Source: Mustelus asterias (Eukaryota). From it: a DNA stretch of 64,000 nucleotides. How positions within the stretch are numbered: the first letter of the stretch is position 1; the number at the start of each line of letters is the position of its first letter. Location of the stretch: positions 47,554,001 to 47,618,000 of the forward strand of contig NC_135807.1 in assembly GCF_964213995.1 (NCBI RefSeq), written 5' to 3'. Below are positions 61,463 through 64,000 of the stretch, piece after piece. Both the position numbers and the translations under genes were made by a program. Below the pieces are notes generated by a model. The model was not told where the DNA came from. It ran no database searches and saw only the letters and a list, made by a program, of their open reading frames with translations.

Positions 61463-62070
61463 TTTTATTTTTCATGGGATGTGGGCATTACAAGCAAGGT
61501 CAGCATTTGCTGCTCAACCCTAACTGACCTTGAACTGAGTGGCTTTCATACAACCATACCAATTATGAGCAGGAGTGGCCAATTTCAGAATCTAGTTAAG
61601 AGCCAACCATGTTGCTGAGAGTCTAGAGGCCAGAACCAGATAATTTCCTATAGGGAATTAGTGAACCAGATGGGCTCTTACAACAATTACTGATCATTTC
61701 ATGGTCACCATTACTTAGGCTAGCTTTATAATTCCAGGTTCATTAATTGACTTTAAATTCCACCAGCTACCATGTGAGATTTGAACCCATAACATAGAAA
61801 CATAGAAACTAGAAGCAGGAGTAGGCCATTCAGCCCTATGAGCCTGCCCCACCATTCATTTTGGTCATGGCTGATCATTGAATTCAATATCCTGATCCAC
61901 CCTTCCCCTCATATGCCTTGATCCCTTTAGCCCCTTGGGCTATATCTAATTTATTCTTGAAATCAGACAACGTTTTGGCCTCAACTTTGAATTCCCCAAA
62001 CTATGATCCCAGAGTATTATCCTGGGCCTCTGGATTACTAGCCCAGTAACGATATCATGATGCCACTGAC
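61463..62070 (-). mobile_element. Family C SINE split by a CR1 3' tail (about 61790-61988)
   Basis: SINE halves flank (CATAGAAA)n and a CR1 3' UTR. Confidence 0.75.
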
Positions 62071-62239
62071 TCCCTGACTATGCAAGGAAGTTTGGACTTC
62101 CAATGGGCAATTGCCCTGCCTCTGGACCCCTCCAAAGGGCTCCAACTCTGAGTTAGAGAAAGAGACAACAATTTAATTACCTGAATAGTTACTCAGGGAG
62201 AGTTAGAAGGATTCGACCAGTCCAAATCCTGGTTAGCTG

Positions 62240-62640
62240 CATTAATCCCCCCCCTTCCCCCCCCCCACCCCCCGCACCACCCAACTACCCCTTGACCTCA
62301 AATAATCCCTCAATTTCCTACTCTCCAGATCCCACAACACTCCAACCCACCCCACACCCTCACCCATCTGCCATCCAATACCCTCACCTACTTATCTGCC
62401 ACTTTACCCCTCACTCACTGCCATCCTACCCCCTCACTAATGTACCTGCCCCCTTACCCACTTATCTGTCACCTTATCCTGTCAGTCACTTGCTTGCCAC
62501 CCTACCCCTTCATTCATGCACCTTCCATCCTACCACCGTACCCATTTACCTGCCACCCTAACTGCTTACCCACTTGCCACTCTACCCCCACTCCCATTTA
62601 CCTGTTACTCTACCTCCCCTCACCCTTTTACCTTCTGTCC
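62240..62640. repeat. C/T-rich low-complexity tract
   Basis: Degenerate CCTACCC/TTACCTGCC motifs with very few G on the plus strand. Confidence 0.7.
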
Positions 62641-63769
62641 CTAGCTTCTCAAAAGTGGCTTTGGGATATTTATGGGAACATGGCGGCTTGTGCCATAAGA
62701 AGGAGCCACGGTTTCTACAATAACTCTCTCTTCTGGTCCTTCTGACGATTGCTGCACTTTTGGAGTTTCAATAAAAAGGTAGGCCAGAAAAGTTGTAGGA
62801 AAGTAAGTCGGTAACTTTTTTGATCTGGCTTGGAAGTAAGGATTCTGACCCAGTTGGAAGCTCTGAGCCTTTAATAAGATCCAGTGGGAACAAGAAATGG
62901 ACTTTGCCCAGAAGAGTGAATTTCTGACCAGGAATTAGACCATGGCTGAAGCTGAAAAGCCAGTAGGACCACAACTATAATCATAAACTCAGCAAGTATT
63001 AGCAGTAGTGGGCAATGAGCTGCGGGAAAGACAAAAATTGCTTTAAAACTTAAGCTAAATAATAGATCAGAGATAGTGCGGTCCAATGAAGAAACTTGAC
63101 CCAGAGAAATCCAGGATTTCGGAAGCCAAATTTGAGCAAAGATTCAGTGCTCTCACAGTAGACCCAGGTAACTTTGATCGCAATTAACCTCGCAGTCACT
63201 ATTTGAGCAAGGAGAACTTAAAACAGTGGAAGGAGACTGGGAGAAGAAATTGTATGGCTTAAAGTTGCAAAGCAAGCTCCCTCATATCCAGCCTGAACAC
63301 ATGTGTTTTGGGAGTTGCATTGCGATACTGATTGTACCACTTTGCATTAAGACGTGTCACATCATGTGGACAATTCTCTGGGAGTTCCACCAATTTCCTG
63401 ACAGAGTTGTGGTGAGAGATCAGGGAAAGCCCTGCAGAATTTCAGGACCTCCATAACCCTCAATCTCATTCCTAGCAGACATCTATTCAGGACTCTTTAA
63501 AATAAATAATCAGCATAACATTTACTTCTTTGTACTGGGAATTTATTATATATAACTACGACACAGTGTGAAAAGTATTTATTTATTCTTAGTTCTTACT
63601 TAAGACTTGTTAATTGTGTTCTCATATCCTCAACTTGCTGTGATCACTAATTTGAATATCTTTACTTTATGCTTGCCTCTCCAGGCTTTACAATCCTGGA
63701 CTATGTTTTTTTTAAAGATATATTTCATTCTACAAATTCCTTTCTCTAGATGTGTAGTCCTGGGCTCTA

Positions 63770-64000
63770 GAACAAACCTTCTCAATTTATTCATAACCTT
63801 TCCAGTACACCAGAGGTTTTTGGAAAACAGGATGACCAAACCTCTCCAAAAAATTGCAAATGTGACATTAATGATTTACCTCAATTCTTAAATTCATACA
63901 GATTGGAGGGTAGCTAATGTAAACCCGTTATTCAAAATGAGAGGTAGAGGGAAAGCGGGGAACTATAGACCAGTGAGCCTAACGTCGTTGGTACAGGGGA
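63770..64000 (+). mobile_element. CR1 ORF2 fragment running off the window end
   Basis: DWRVANVNPLFKMRGRGKAGNYRPVSLTSLV. Confidence 0.85.

Overview
Vertebrate nuclear DNA, almost certainly from a cartilaginous fish (shark), judged by the HE1/V-SINE-type SINEs, shark-type CR1, Rex1/Babar and L2 LINEs, Deu-domain-like SINEs and Penelope tails. It reads as intronic or intergenic and is dominated by nested, decayed transposons. These include four Gypsy/Metaviridae LTR elements (three with tRNA-Leu-like primer sites, one with both LTRs), more than ten CR1 pieces, Rex1, RTE and L2 fragments, PIF/Harbinger transposase and Myb remnants with a family of 3-bp-TSD MITEs, and about 25 SINEs. No host protein-coding gene could be recognised, and nearly all long ORFs in the track come from transposons. 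Most notable: (1) minimal hammerhead-ribozyme cores in Penelope-derived inverted insertions with clear TSDs; (2) an old non-TE segment with codon-like periodicity, present in two copies, one split by about 10 kb of transposons; (3) a templated inverted insertion inside a CR1; (4) one SINE head joined to two different LINE-type tails. All family assignments come from motif recognition by eye, not database searches, and many boundaries are approximate.
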